From the NCBI GenBank assembly GCA_020636215.1, contig JACJYG010000004.1, positions 866,142 through 930,141 on the forward strand: a DNA stretch of 64,000 nt. The letters run 5' to 3'. The translations under genes were made by a program, and so were the position numbers. Source of the stretch: Lewinellaceae bacterium (GTDB lineage Bacteria > Bacteroidota > Bacteroidia > Chitinophagales > Saprospiraceae). The notes below the pieces were generated by a model. That model did not search any database and was not told where the DNA came from. It was given only the letters and a program-made list of their open reading frames with translations. Below, in pieces: positions 1 through 8,687 of this stretch (position 1 is its first letter; the number at the start of each line of letters is the position of its first letter).

Positions 1-1786
1 CCTGCAGAACTGAAATATCCTGCATCGTCGTACTCCAGTTAAAAGTAAAGAGGGGGTCCGGGTTGGGTTGTATTACTCCGCCCACCGTCACTTCAGCGGT
101 AATGGCCCCATCACTGGCGCCATTACAGGTAGGGCTCTGGCTGATCAGGTTCACGCCCAGCTCTATGCCTTCAAACACTTCAACGATCACCGTGTCCAGG
201 TTGGCCGGCACTTCAGAATCAGCAATCAGTATCCGGTAATTGCCGGCGCTGAGGTTGCTGATGGTACTGGAACCACCGGATGTTGCAATCGTAAAGGGGC
301 CGTTTTCCGGGCCTGTAGGGGGGAAGGTATTCCAGGTGAAGGTGTAGGGTACAGCCCCGCCGGAAACCGTCAGGGTTATAGAACCATCATCGAGGCCGGC
401 ACAACTAACGCTGTCGGCAACCACCTGCGTCAATAATACGGAACTGGTTACATTGACCTGCCCGGGGTTGAGCTCATAGGGGTAAGTCGACGGGTCGTTC
501 AAGGCGTTACCTACCTGAATGATGGTGGGGACATCGGTAAAATCCACCGGACTGGACTGCCCCAGGCTGCCAATCACTTCAAAACACACTTCAAAGAGCA
601 CAGAGCCATCGGGCAGACTGTTGCTGGACCCCAGAAAATCGAGCCAGGCAAACGGCAACTGGCCACTGCCGGTCAGAGCGGTATTGAAAGAGCCATCATC
701 GAGGGCTGGAAGCGTGGTATTGAGATTTTGAACCTGTACAAAGTCCAGGACAGCGGCATCCCATTGCAATGTGAACTGAATATTGGTGACATCCACCAGG
801 TTATCGACCGTAATTTCTACGCAGACTGTATCACCCGGCGCGCCGTTCAGGGTAGAGGCGCCGAAGATAACCGGCATGACGAGCGTATCCAGCGCCGCGC
901 AGCTCTTCCCATCTTCCACCACCAATTCGTAATTGCCGGGACGCGGAACCGTATATTGCACCACATCGCCATGGCCGGGGTTGGCCGTCTGCACCGTGCC
1001 AGTGATGGGGTCTCCGGTCAGTTGGGTCAGCGTGATATTGCTGTAATTAGTAGCCGGATCGAACTCCGGCAGGCCGCCTTCCACCGTGAACGTGCCCTGC
1101 AACCCTGCCCCGAAGGTAGGGTCCTGGGCTGTAACCTCAACAGGCTCGAGGTAGACCACGGAGAATGCCTCGCCGGTACTGACGCTGACGCAGGGGCCGC
1201 CGGCTTCATATCCCTGCGTAAAAAAGTTATCGATAGTGATCGGTGCGAACCACAACTGGATCGGGGCCGAGACTCCCATGTTGAACGCCTCTTGGTGGAA
1301 ACCACTATTGACCAGGTTGAGATTGCCGTTTATGTTCTCGTTAGCCAGCCAGATTCCATCAGCCCCTTGTGGCTGGGAGAATCCTCCAAATATAAGCGGA
1401 GAGGTTTGATTCACACATGGGTCGCTGGTCACCGTCGCGATGTCGGGCCCGTCGATGGTGGGCCGACAATCATAAAAGGCGTAGCCGATGCCTGCCTGGG
1501 TGGCCGAATTGGGGTCCCCGTTCAGCACAAAATCTCCATTATGGATGATCGGCAGGGTGTCCCCCAGGCAAAGGTAGATCGTATCGGGATCTATGTCGTT
1601 GCTCTGGCCCACGAAGTTGGCGAAATCGAAAGTAATGGTGCCTGCGTTGTTGTCCGGGCAGGGGGCCCGCAGGCTTGCCGGCTGGCCAGGATTGCCTTGA
1701 ATCTTGATGTTTCTGGGCATTTGAGCCTTCAACTGAATGGCAAAGGCAAGAAAAAGGGCGGAGAGAATAAAGGATCTTATCATCAT
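1..1786 (-). CDS. Secreted cell-surface protein, N-terminal part (cohesin-like domain plus SprB-type repeats); 3' end lies beyond the window start
   Basis: Absent from the ORF track because it runs off the window edge. The reverse frame is open from the ATG at 1786 down to position 2. Translation starts MMIRSFILSALFLAFAIQLKAQ (signal peptide). It contains GAPGDTVCVEITVDNLVDVTNIQFTLQWD (cohesin-like) and CAGLDDGSITLTVSGGAVPYTFTWN / CNGASDGAITAEV (SprB-repeat-like). Plus-strand ORFs 68..436, 519..731 and 728..1900 are shadows of this gene. Confidence 0.75.
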   Translation of the reverse strand, partial: MMIRSFILSALFLAFAIQLKAQMPRNIKIQGNPGQPASLRAPCPDNNAGTITFDFANFVGQSNDIDPDTIYLCLGDTLPIIHNGDFVLNGDPNSATQAGIGYAFYDCRPTIDGPDIATVTSDPCVNQTSPLIFGGFSQPQGADGIWLANENINGNLNLVNSGFHQEAFNMGVSAPIQLWFAPITIDNFFTQGYEAGGPCVSVSTGEAFSVVYLEPVEVTAQDPTFGAGLQGTFTVEGGLPEFDPATNYSNITLTQLTGDPITGTVQTANPGHGDVVQYTVPRPGNYELVVEDGKSCAALDTLVMPVIFGASTLNGAPGDTVCVEITVDNLVDVTNIQFTLQWDAAVLDFVQVQNLNTTLPALDDGSFNTALTGSGQLPFAWLDFLGSSNSLPDGSVLFEVCFEVIGSLGQSSPVDFTDVPTIIQVGNALNDPSTYPYELNPGQVNVTSSVLLTQVVADSVSCAGLDDGSITLTVSGGAVPYTFTWNTFPPTGPENGPFTIATSGGSSTISNLSAGNYRILIADSEVPANLDTVIVEVFEGIELGVNLISQSPTCNGASDGAITAEVTVGGVIQPNPDPLFTFNWSTTMQDISVLQ

Positions 1787-2084
1787 TCCGGATTAAGTTG
1801 TATAGTCAGTTTATGGGATAAAACATCTCCCAGATGCCTCACCGCAGGCTTACCGCCTCGCTTTGGATTGGCAAAAATAGAGGTTAGATCGGTACATTAA
1901 TAAATTATCACTGGCTTTAATTGGTTAGCACCTGACGGATGGGGCCGTCGAAGGTAAGGAACGACGAGGGGAGAAGTAAAATTATACAACGAAAAAAAAG
2001 TGCTCATTTTGACCACCTTCCCTTATTCCGGCAGGCAAAGGTTCCCCACTCAACCGACTTCCACCCGCCCTCGTTCACCCTTCC

Positions 2085-4088
2085 CTAATAAGCCAGCAAC
2101 CGCTCCAGTTGCTGCTGCAGCCGGGCCTTAGGTAGAAACTGTTCTTCCAGTGTTGTCGAGAAGGGCACTGGCGTATCGAGGCTGGCCGCACGCAGTACCG
2201 GTGCATCCAGATATTCAAAAAGATGCTCTGAGATATACGCGGCGATTTCCCCCCCGATCCCGCCGATGAGGGTATCCTCGTGCAGGATGAGGGCGCGGCT
2301 GGTCTTTTTTACAGTAGCTTCAATGGCTTCATAATCTAACGGCAGCAAAGTCCTCAGGTCCAGAATATCCGCATCCACCCCTAATTCCAGGCATACTTCC
2401 GTAGCCCAATGCACCCCCATTCCGTAGGTGATGATGGACACTTCTGCTCCTTGCCGGGCCAACCGGGCCTTTCCGATCTCCACGGTATAATATTCATCGG
2501 GCACAGCTTCGGTAAGGCGCCGGTACAATGCTTTGTGTTCGAAATAGAGCACCGGATTGGGATCCTCAAAGCTGGCCAGCAACAGGCCCTTGGCGTCGTA
2601 GGGGGTGGCCGGGTAGACCACCTTCAGGCCCGGGGTGTGGAAAAACCAGGCTTCGTTGCTTTGAGAGTGGAAAGGACCCGCTCCTACCCCGGCTCCCGCC
2701 GGCATCCGGATAACTACGTCGGCATGCTGGCCCCAGCGGTAGTGCTGCTTGGCCAGGTTGTTGATGATCTGATTAAACCCACAGGTTACGAAATCGGCAA
2801 ACTGCATTTCTACCATGGCTTTGTAACCTTTCAGGCTCAGGCCCAGGCCAATGCCGATAATAGCGCTCTCGCACAGGGGCGTGTTGCGTACGCGTTCCGG
2901 GCCGAATTGCTTCACTAATCCATCGGTGATCTTGAACACGCCACCGTACTCCGCAATATCCTGGCCCATGAGCACCAGCTTGTCGTGTTTTTCCATGGCC
3001 AGGCGCAGGCCATCGGAGATAGCGTCGACGAAGCGGCGCTCGGTGGCTTTGTCGCTCGCAGGCTCCACTACCTGCTGCTGGTAGGGGGCATACACATCCG
3101 CCAGTTCCTGTTCGGGGCTCGATTGCGGGGGGCCTTCGGCAAAGGCGATCTCCAGGCCCTGGTTGATCTGCTTTTTAAAATCCTTACGGATATCGGCTGC
3201 GGCTTCTTCTGTAAGTATGCCTTGTTGAAGGAGGTATTTTTCGTAATTGGTTAAAGGGTCTTTGGCGGCCCAGTGATCCATCAGTTCCTGAGGGACATAT
3301 TTGGTGCCGGAAGCTTCCTCGTGCCCGCGCATGCGGAACGTTTTGCACTCGAGCAATACCGGCTCCGGCTTTTCACGCAGTTCCTCCGCCAGGCTGCGGA
3401 TGGTGTTATAAACTTCCAGGATATTATTCCCATCAATGATGGCCGAACGCATGCCATAGCCAAGGGCCCGGTCGGCCAGGTTTTCGCAACGGTACTGTTC
3501 GTTGACCGGAGTGGACAGGCCATAGCCATTGTTTTCAATAACAAAAATGACAGGTAATTGCCATACGGCGGCGGTATTAAACGCCTCATGGAATTCCCCT
3601 TCGCTGGTAGCGCCATCGCCGGTGAAGGCCAGGGATACCCGCCCTTCTTTAGCCAGTTTATGCGCCAGGGCCACGCCAGCCGCCAACGAAAGCTGTGGCC
3701 CCAGATGAGAGATCATGCCTACAATATGGTGCTCCATGGCGCCAAAGTGAAAGGAACGCTCGCGCCCCTTGGAATACCCCAGCGTTGTGCCCTGCCATTG
3801 CGCGAACAGCCGCTCCAGGGGCATCTGGCGGGCGGTAAAAACCCCGAGGTTGCGGTGCATGGTGAACATCAACTCGTCGGGCAACAAGGCCATAGCCGCT
3901 CCTACAGAGATCGCCTCCTGCCCGATGCCCGAAAACCACTTGCTGATCTTTCCCTGCCGTAATAACAGCAGCATTTTCTCTTCGATCATGCGGGGCAGTA
4001 ACAGCTGGCGGTATAACGCTACCAGGGTCTCATCCGACAATTTTTCCCGCTGGAAATTTATGACTGGTTGGGCCGCTTTATCTATCAT
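2085..4088 (-). CDS. 2-oxoacid dehydrogenase E1 component, fused alpha and beta subunits (TPP-dependent)
   Basis: 667 aa. TPP-binding motif GDGATSEGEFHEAFNTAAVWQLPVIFVIENNGYG in the N-terminal half. Transketolase-like pyrimidine-binding half (GGVFKITDGL, FGPERVRNTPLCESAIIG) in the C-terminal half. Confidence 0.9.
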   Translation of the reverse strand: MIDKAAQPVINFQREKLSDETLVALYRQLLLPRMIEEKMLLLLRQGKISKWFSGIGQEAISVGAAMALLPDELMFTMHRNLGVFTARQMPLERLFAQWQGTTLGYSKGRERSFHFGAMEHHIVGMISHLGPQLSLAAGVALAHKLAKEGRVSLAFTGDGATSEGEFHEAFNTAAVWQLPVIFVIENNGYGLSTPVNEQYRCENLADRALGYGMRSAIIDGNNILEVYNTIRSLAEELREKPEPVLLECKTFRMRGHEEASGTKYVPQELMDHWAAKDPLTNYEKYLLQQGILTEEAAADIRKDFKKQINQGLEIAFAEGPPQSSPEQELADVYAPYQQQVVEPASDKATERRFVDAISDGLRLAMEKHDKLVLMGQDIAEYGGVFKITDGLVKQFGPERVRNTPLCESAIIGIGLGLSLKGYKAMVEMQFADFVTCGFNQIINNLAKQHYRWGQHADVVIRMPAGAGVGAGPFHSQSNEAWFFHTPGLKVVYPATPYDAKGLLLASFEDPNPVLYFEHKALYRRLTEAVPDEYYTVEIGKARLARQGAEVSIITYGMGVHWATEVCLELGVDADILDLRTLLPLDYEAIEATVKKTSRALILHEDTLIGGIGGEIAAYISEHLFEYLDAPVLRAASLDTPVPFSTTLEEQFLPKARLQQQLERLLAY

Positions 4089-4172
4089 GGCTCTATCTGG
4101 TTTGGAAATTGAGGCAAAGGTAAGGCAAGGAAGTTAAACAATTCGGGAGGGGGGGTATTTAATCTTTTGAAA

Positions 4173-4226
4173 GCCAAACCGAAGTTTGGCTAAACATTTT
4201 GGGCCAACCTGGAGTTTGGCTAAACA
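4173..4226. promoter_or_regulatory. Twin GTTTGGCTAAACA boxes (4184..4196 and 4214..4226), the first inside the palindrome GCCAAAC-cgaa-GTTTGGC; candidate operator in a divergent promoter region
   Basis: Identical 13-nt direct repeat spaced 30 bp apart, between the divergent E1 gene (start 4088) and the hydrolase gene (start 4248). The 7-bp inverted repeat lies at 4173..4190. Confidence 0.3.
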
Positions 4227-4247
4227 AATACCAAAATCAAGTTTACT

Positions 4248-5099
4248 ATGCTCAGACATTTTATCCTTCTGACGATGGCCTTCGGGCTGTTCCTTACTTC
4301 TTGCGTAAACACTGCCTCAAAGGGCGGTGAGAACGCTGAAAGCACTGACACCAGCGGTATGGCAAAATTTGCCGATGACGAGAAATTCAAAGACGCCCAC
4401 GAGTCGCCTACCGATCTGAAGTTCGAGGGCAAAGGCGAGATGATCCAGTTTCCGACCCCCGACGGCCAGCAGGGCAGCGCCTACGCGCTGATGCCGGAAG
4501 GCGAAACCAAGGATTACCTCTTCGTAATCCACGAATGGTGGGGCCTCAACGACCACATCAAAGCTGAGGCCGAACGTTTGTTCGGTAACCTGGATAATGT
4601 GGCCGTAATGGCGCTGGACCTCTACGACGGTAAATCGACAACGAACCCCGACGAGGCGGGCCAGTTCATGCAATCGGTCAAGGAAGATCGCGTCCGCGCT
4701 ATCATCCAGGGCGCGCTTAACAAAGCCGGTAAGGATGCTCGTATTGCGACTATCGGCTGGTGCTTCGGCGGCGGCTGGTCGCTCAACAGTTCTATTATGG
4801 CGGGCAAGCAAGGCGTCGCCTGTGTGATGTACTACGGCATGCCGGTGAAAACCGCCAAAGAGCTGGCGCCTCTGAATGCCCCCGTCCTCGGTATTTTTGC
4901 CAAGAAGGACGCCTGGATCACTCCGGAGGTCGCTCAATCCTTTGAGAGCCTGGCCAAAGCCAGCGGTAAGAGCATCAAAACGGAATCGTTCGACGCCGAC
5001 CACGCCTTCGCCAATCCGAGCAATCCCAACTTCAATAACGAGGCTGCTCAGCAGGCCAATCAGGATGCGCTGGCGTTTCTGAAGGAGCATTTGAAGTAG
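4248..5099 (+). CDS. Dienelactone hydrolase family lipoprotein
   Basis: 283 aa. Signal plus lipobox (LFLTSC). HEWWGLN motif and a nucleophile elbow GWCFGG typical of the Cys-nucleophile DLH family. Confidence 0.85.
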   Translation: MLRHFILLTMAFGLFLTSCVNTASKGGENAESTDTSGMAKFADDEKFKDAHESPTDLKFEGKGEMIQFPTPDGQQGSAYALMPEGETKDYLFVIHEWWGLNDHIKAEAERLFGNLDNVAVMALDLYDGKSTTNPDEAGQFMQSVKEDRVRAIIQGALNKAGKDARIATIGWCFGGGWSLNSSIMAGKQGVACVMYYGMPVKTAKELAPLNAPVLGIFAKKDAWITPEVAQSFESLAKASGKSIKTESFDADHAFANPSNPNFNNEAAQQANQDALAFLKEHLK

Positions 5100-5256
5100 T
5101 TGCAGGTTTTAAGGTTACAGGTTACAAGGTTTTTTACCCGGCTGATCCCAACAGGCGTCGGGAGAGGACGGGCAGGGTCAAGTTTCAGGGTTTCAGTCCC
5201 AGTTTCGCCCCGCAACGCTGTAACCTGTAACCTGTAACCTGCAACCTGTAACCTCT
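5100..5256. repeat. Composite intergenic element: GGTTACA-word left arm, conserved core (5128..5177), TGTAACC-word right arm
   Basis: Left arm ttgcaggttttaaggttacaggttacaaggtt. Right arm gctgtaacctgtaacctgtaacctgcaacctgtaacc is its imperfect inverted complement. The core is ggttttttacccggctgatcccaacaggcgtcgggagaggacgggcagg. The element sits between two convergent genes. Confidence 0.8.
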
Positions 5257-5267
5257 TCTGCTTCCCC

Positions 5268-8200
5268 CTAATCATCGAGTTCCTCCACCTCCGGTTCTGA
5301 AAAACTATCCACCAGTTCATTATGCCGCACGAAGTTGCACCAGGGGCAGTTGGCCTCCCCACAGCCGGAGTAGAAATCATGCACCATGATCTTTTCGTAC
5401 ACGGAACGGATCATTCCCTTCACCTGCTGTACGTCTTCAGGCGTGTACGCGACTTCCTTTTCCACCAGTTTGCCGGAGCCATTGGGTTCCAGATAAGAGA
5501 TGACGCCGCTTTTGGCGAGGCGGGTATTAGCCGGGTGGCTTTCGTATAGTATTTTGTAGAAAACGAGTTGCCGCCAGAAACTGCCACCCTGTGGGTTGGC
5601 ATTGGAAGGGCGGCGCAGCTTGCCGTCGTTTTGGCTGCCGGTCTTATAGTCGACGATGCGGGCGGTGGTGGCGTTGAGCAGTTCCAGCTTATCAATGCTG
5701 CCGGTGAGGGGCACGCCGTCCATTTCCACCTGGCGGGGGCGGTATTCCAGGAGCACATCCTTGTGCCAGCTTTTGGAGTACAAGCGATAATAATCCGACA
5801 GATTGTGGCGGCCCATTTCCAGGCGGCGCTGATACTCCTTACGGGCGAAGTAGCCCTGCATTCGTTCCATTTCCTGCTCGAACATTCGAATAAAGGCCGA
5901 TTCGGGCGGGAAAGCTTTGCCCTTGGATGCCTTCATTCGTTCAAACAGCCGCTGCAGGGCGTTGTGCATGGCGGTGCCGTAATAGGCGGCCTCGCTCACT
6001 ACTTCCGGCGCACGCAATACATTTTCATAATAGAAACTGAGCGGACAGCGCAGGTAGCGGTTCATGGCCGAAACGCTGAGTTGGAAACCTTCCAGCAAGC
6101 TATCCACCAGGGCCTTGTCCTGAGCAGGGATGGCCGGGGCCTCCAGTTCGAGCATCCGTAAGGCTTCCGCTTCCAAAAGCGCTTCCGGGGGCAGTTTTTT
6201 CTGTCGCACCTTCAGCCCCGTTCCTTCCAGCAGTTCATCCACAAAAATAGCCCGGCGCAGCGGCTTGCCGCTTTTGTCTTCTTCGGTATAAGAAATGTGC
6301 AGCCCCTCCCGGGCGCGGGTCATGGCGACGTAGAACAAGCGGCGGCGGGCCTCCAGGGCGTCTTCTTCTCCGGAATAGGTGAGGGTGTCGGGCAGAGAAA
6401 ACTGATAGGAACTATTGTGGTTGCGCGGCTCCCAGTGATTGCTAATGCAGTCCAGCAGAAAAACTTTCTGGAATTCCAGCCCTTTGGCGCTGTGAGCTGT
6501 AACGAGTTGTACCCCTTCCTCCGCCTGAATGGTTTTGTTGACTTCCAGGGCCAGGCGGTTGCCGTCCATATTGCGGAAGATATCCAGCAGCCGGCCCACC
6601 GTCAGGCGAGGGTTGCGGGCGGCTTCGGTCTTTACGAAGTCGAGGAAAGTGGCCAGCACCTGTATCAGCCAGTTTTTTTCCTCGTGGCCCAAGATAAATT
6701 TCAGCAAGCCGCTGCGGTTGATGAGGCGTTCCACAAAGGCCGGCGCACTCAAGCTGGCGTAGTGGCGTAAGATATGATCGTGGAACTCCGAGAAGCGGTG
6801 TAGGGCGGGCTTGTCTTCCAGCCCCAGTTCCTCCCAGAGCCCTCCGTTCATCAGCACCTCCCGCCAGTGGGGGCGGCTGTGGTTTTCCTGCCGGGCCATG
6901 TAGTTGCTCAGCCGCGCCAGGTCGTTTGGGGCGATGTGGAAGAAGGTGAAATGTAGTAAACGGAACAGCAGGTGCTCCCCGCTATGCGGTTGGTGGAACT
7001 CGGCAGCGAAATATTCCAGCATCTGCCGCAGGTTTCGGATCAGCGGCAGGTCCAGGATGTTGATCCGGCGTTTGGTGGAATAGGGAATGCCGTGCTTTTC
7101 CAGCAGCGCGATCAGGCCGTCGGCCTGCCGATGTTTGGCGTAGATCACCGCCACTTCACTGAGGGGAAAGCCTTGTTCCTGGAAAACCTTTAGTTGAGCG
7201 ACGATGTCGCCCTCTTCGTGCAGGGGGTTGGGGTAAGCCACGACTTCCGGCTGCAGGGAGCTATCCGCAAAAGTGGGGTGGCGCGCCAGCAGCAGCTTGT
7301 CGAGGCCCAGTTCCGCCAGTTGGTTCACGATGCGCAGATGGTTGTGGCCGATAAGGGCCCTCGCGCTATCGAGGATGTGTTGCGAGGAGCGATAGTTATC
7401 CGCCAGCACCACCAGCTGCAGGCTTTCCTGGTAATGTTCATAAAAATCCGTCAGGTTTTTCAGGCGGGCGCCCTGGAATTCGTAAATGGACTGGTCGTCG
7501 TCGCCCACGATAAAAATGTTGGGCTGATCCCAGTAGCCGGCCAACTGGCGGATGATCTCGTTCTGGGCGCCGTTGGTGTCCTGGTATTCATCGATGAGGA
7601 AGTAGAGGTATTGCTCCTGGTAGTTGCGCAACAGGGCTTCGTTCTGTTTAAAGGCCTCCAGCACCCAGAGGATCATATCGTCGTAGTCGTAACGGCGGGC
7701 GCGTTCCATGGCCGCCTGATAGTTGGGGAATAGGGCAGCGGCGGCGCGCAACCGCTCCATTTTCAATTGGGCGTCTTCCACTTTGGCTTCCTTCAGCGCT
7801 CCTTTTCGGATCTCGCCCCGGTTGACCTGGTAGATAAATTCTTCCCGATCGGGCAGGCTCTCCAGATAACTGTCGATGGCGTCGTGGAAGTGTTCTACCG
7901 TCCAATCTTCTGATTTCATCAATTGGAAGAGGCCCTGCAAGTGTTTCTCGTAGAAGTAGGCGTCGTTGCGGCCGCGCCGCAGCGGGTGGCGCACCTCCAA
8001 CTCATCCAGAAGTTGGCGGATAATCTCCACCCGTTCCAGTTCACTGAGGGGTTCCATATCCTGGCTGCCGAAGAGCTCGAGATTGTCCTGGATGATGCTG
8101 TTGCAGAAGGAGTGGAAGGTGTAAATGTGAACGCGATGCGCCTCCGGCCCGATGAATTCCAGCAGCCGCTGCCGCATGGCGTTCACGCCAGCGTCGGTAA

Positions 8201-8465
8201 AGGTCAGGCAGAGGATGTTCTGCGCCTGGGCGTCCGTTTCCAACAGGATGCGGCCGATGCGGGCAGAGAGGATATGGGTTTTGCCCGTTCCCGGCCCGGC
8301 AATAGCCAACACCGGCCCTTCGACCTGATCGACGGCCTGGCGTTGCTGCGGATTGAGCTCTTCGAGCACCCGCAGGAAGGCTTCGTTATAGTGCTGGATA
8401 TTGGGTTGGGCGCCGGGCATAACAGGCGTTTTTTGGGTGGGAAGATACGAAATGTGGGGGGACAA
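5268..8465 (-). CDS. UvrD/Rep-family helicase fused to a C-terminal PD-(D/E)XK (Cas4/AddB-like, Cys-cluster) nuclease domain
   Basis: 1065 aa. Walker A AGPGTGKTH, motif II LIDEYQDT, C-terminal IVDYKTG and the Cys cluster SGCGEANCPWCNF. Confidence 0.85.
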   Translation of the reverse strand: MSPHISYLPTQKTPVMPGAQPNIQHYNEAFLRVLEELNPQQRQAVDQVEGPVLAIAGPGTGKTHILSARIGRILLETDAQAQNILCLTFTDAGVNAMRQRLLEFIGPEAHRVHIYTFHSFCNSIIQDNLELFGSQDMEPLSELERVEIIRQLLDELEVRHPLRRGRNDAYFYEKHLQGLFQLMKSEDWTVEHFHDAIDSYLESLPDREEFIYQVNRGEIRKGALKEAKVEDAQLKMERLRAAAALFPNYQAAMERARRYDYDDMILWVLEAFKQNEALLRNYQEQYLYFLIDEYQDTNGAQNEIIRQLAGYWDQPNIFIVGDDDQSIYEFQGARLKNLTDFYEHYQESLQLVVLADNYRSSQHILDSARALIGHNHLRIVNQLAELGLDKLLLARHPTFADSSLQPEVVAYPNPLHEEGDIVAQLKVFQEQGFPLSEVAVIYAKHRQADGLIALLEKHGIPYSTKRRINILDLPLIRNLRQMLEYFAAEFHQPHSGEHLLFRLLHFTFFHIAPNDLARLSNYMARQENHSRPHWREVLMNGGLWEELGLEDKPALHRFSEFHDHILRHYASLSAPAFVERLINRSGLLKFILGHEEKNWLIQVLATFLDFVKTEAARNPRLTVGRLLDIFRNMDGNRLALEVNKTIQAEEGVQLVTAHSAKGLEFQKVFLLDCISNHWEPRNHNSSYQFSLPDTLTYSGEEDALEARRRLFYVAMTRAREGLHISYTEEDKSGKPLRRAIFVDELLEGTGLKVRQKKLPPEALLEAEALRMLELEAPAIPAQDKALVDSLLEGFQLSVSAMNRYLRCPLSFYYENVLRAPEVVSEAAYYGTAMHNALQRLFERMKASKGKAFPPESAFIRMFEQEMERMQGYFARKEYQRRLEMGRHNLSDYYRLYSKSWHKDVLLEYRPRQVEMDGVPLTGSIDKLELLNATTARIVDYKTGSQNDGKLRRPSNANPQGGSFWRQLVFYKILYESHPANTRLAKSGVISYLEPNGSGKLVEKEVAYTPEDVQQVKGMIRSVYEKIMVHDFYSGCGEANCPWCNFVRHNELVDSFSEPEVEELDD

Positions 8466-8687
8466 ATTGGATGGTTGAATGGTTATTGGCAGAGCAATTG
8501 CATTTAATTTGAATCCATGATTATGGAAATTTCACCCACAAATGCACAAAACCTGCTTGTAGCGAAGTATAATTTAGGCAACATTTTCACATACGTCAAA
8601 ATTTTTTATTTTGGCCATTGACAAGCCGGGAAGCTACTTAAACTGACTTCACCGGCACATTTTTCTCAACAACAAATATTAATTCCA

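Noticed and set aside
68-1900. Plus-strand ORFs 68..436, 519..731 and 728..1900
   Set aside because: Their translations are not protein-like.
The reverse strand encodes a convincing signal-peptide, cohesin and SprB-repeat protein across the same region.
5268-8465. UvrD-helicase/PD-(D/E)XK nuclease fusion as a defence-system component
   Set aside because: This architecture is, as far as I know, a widely conserved AddA-like repair protein in Bacteroidota.
Its neighbours here (a hydrolase and a secreted hypothetical protein, on opposite strands) give no operon context suggesting a defence system.
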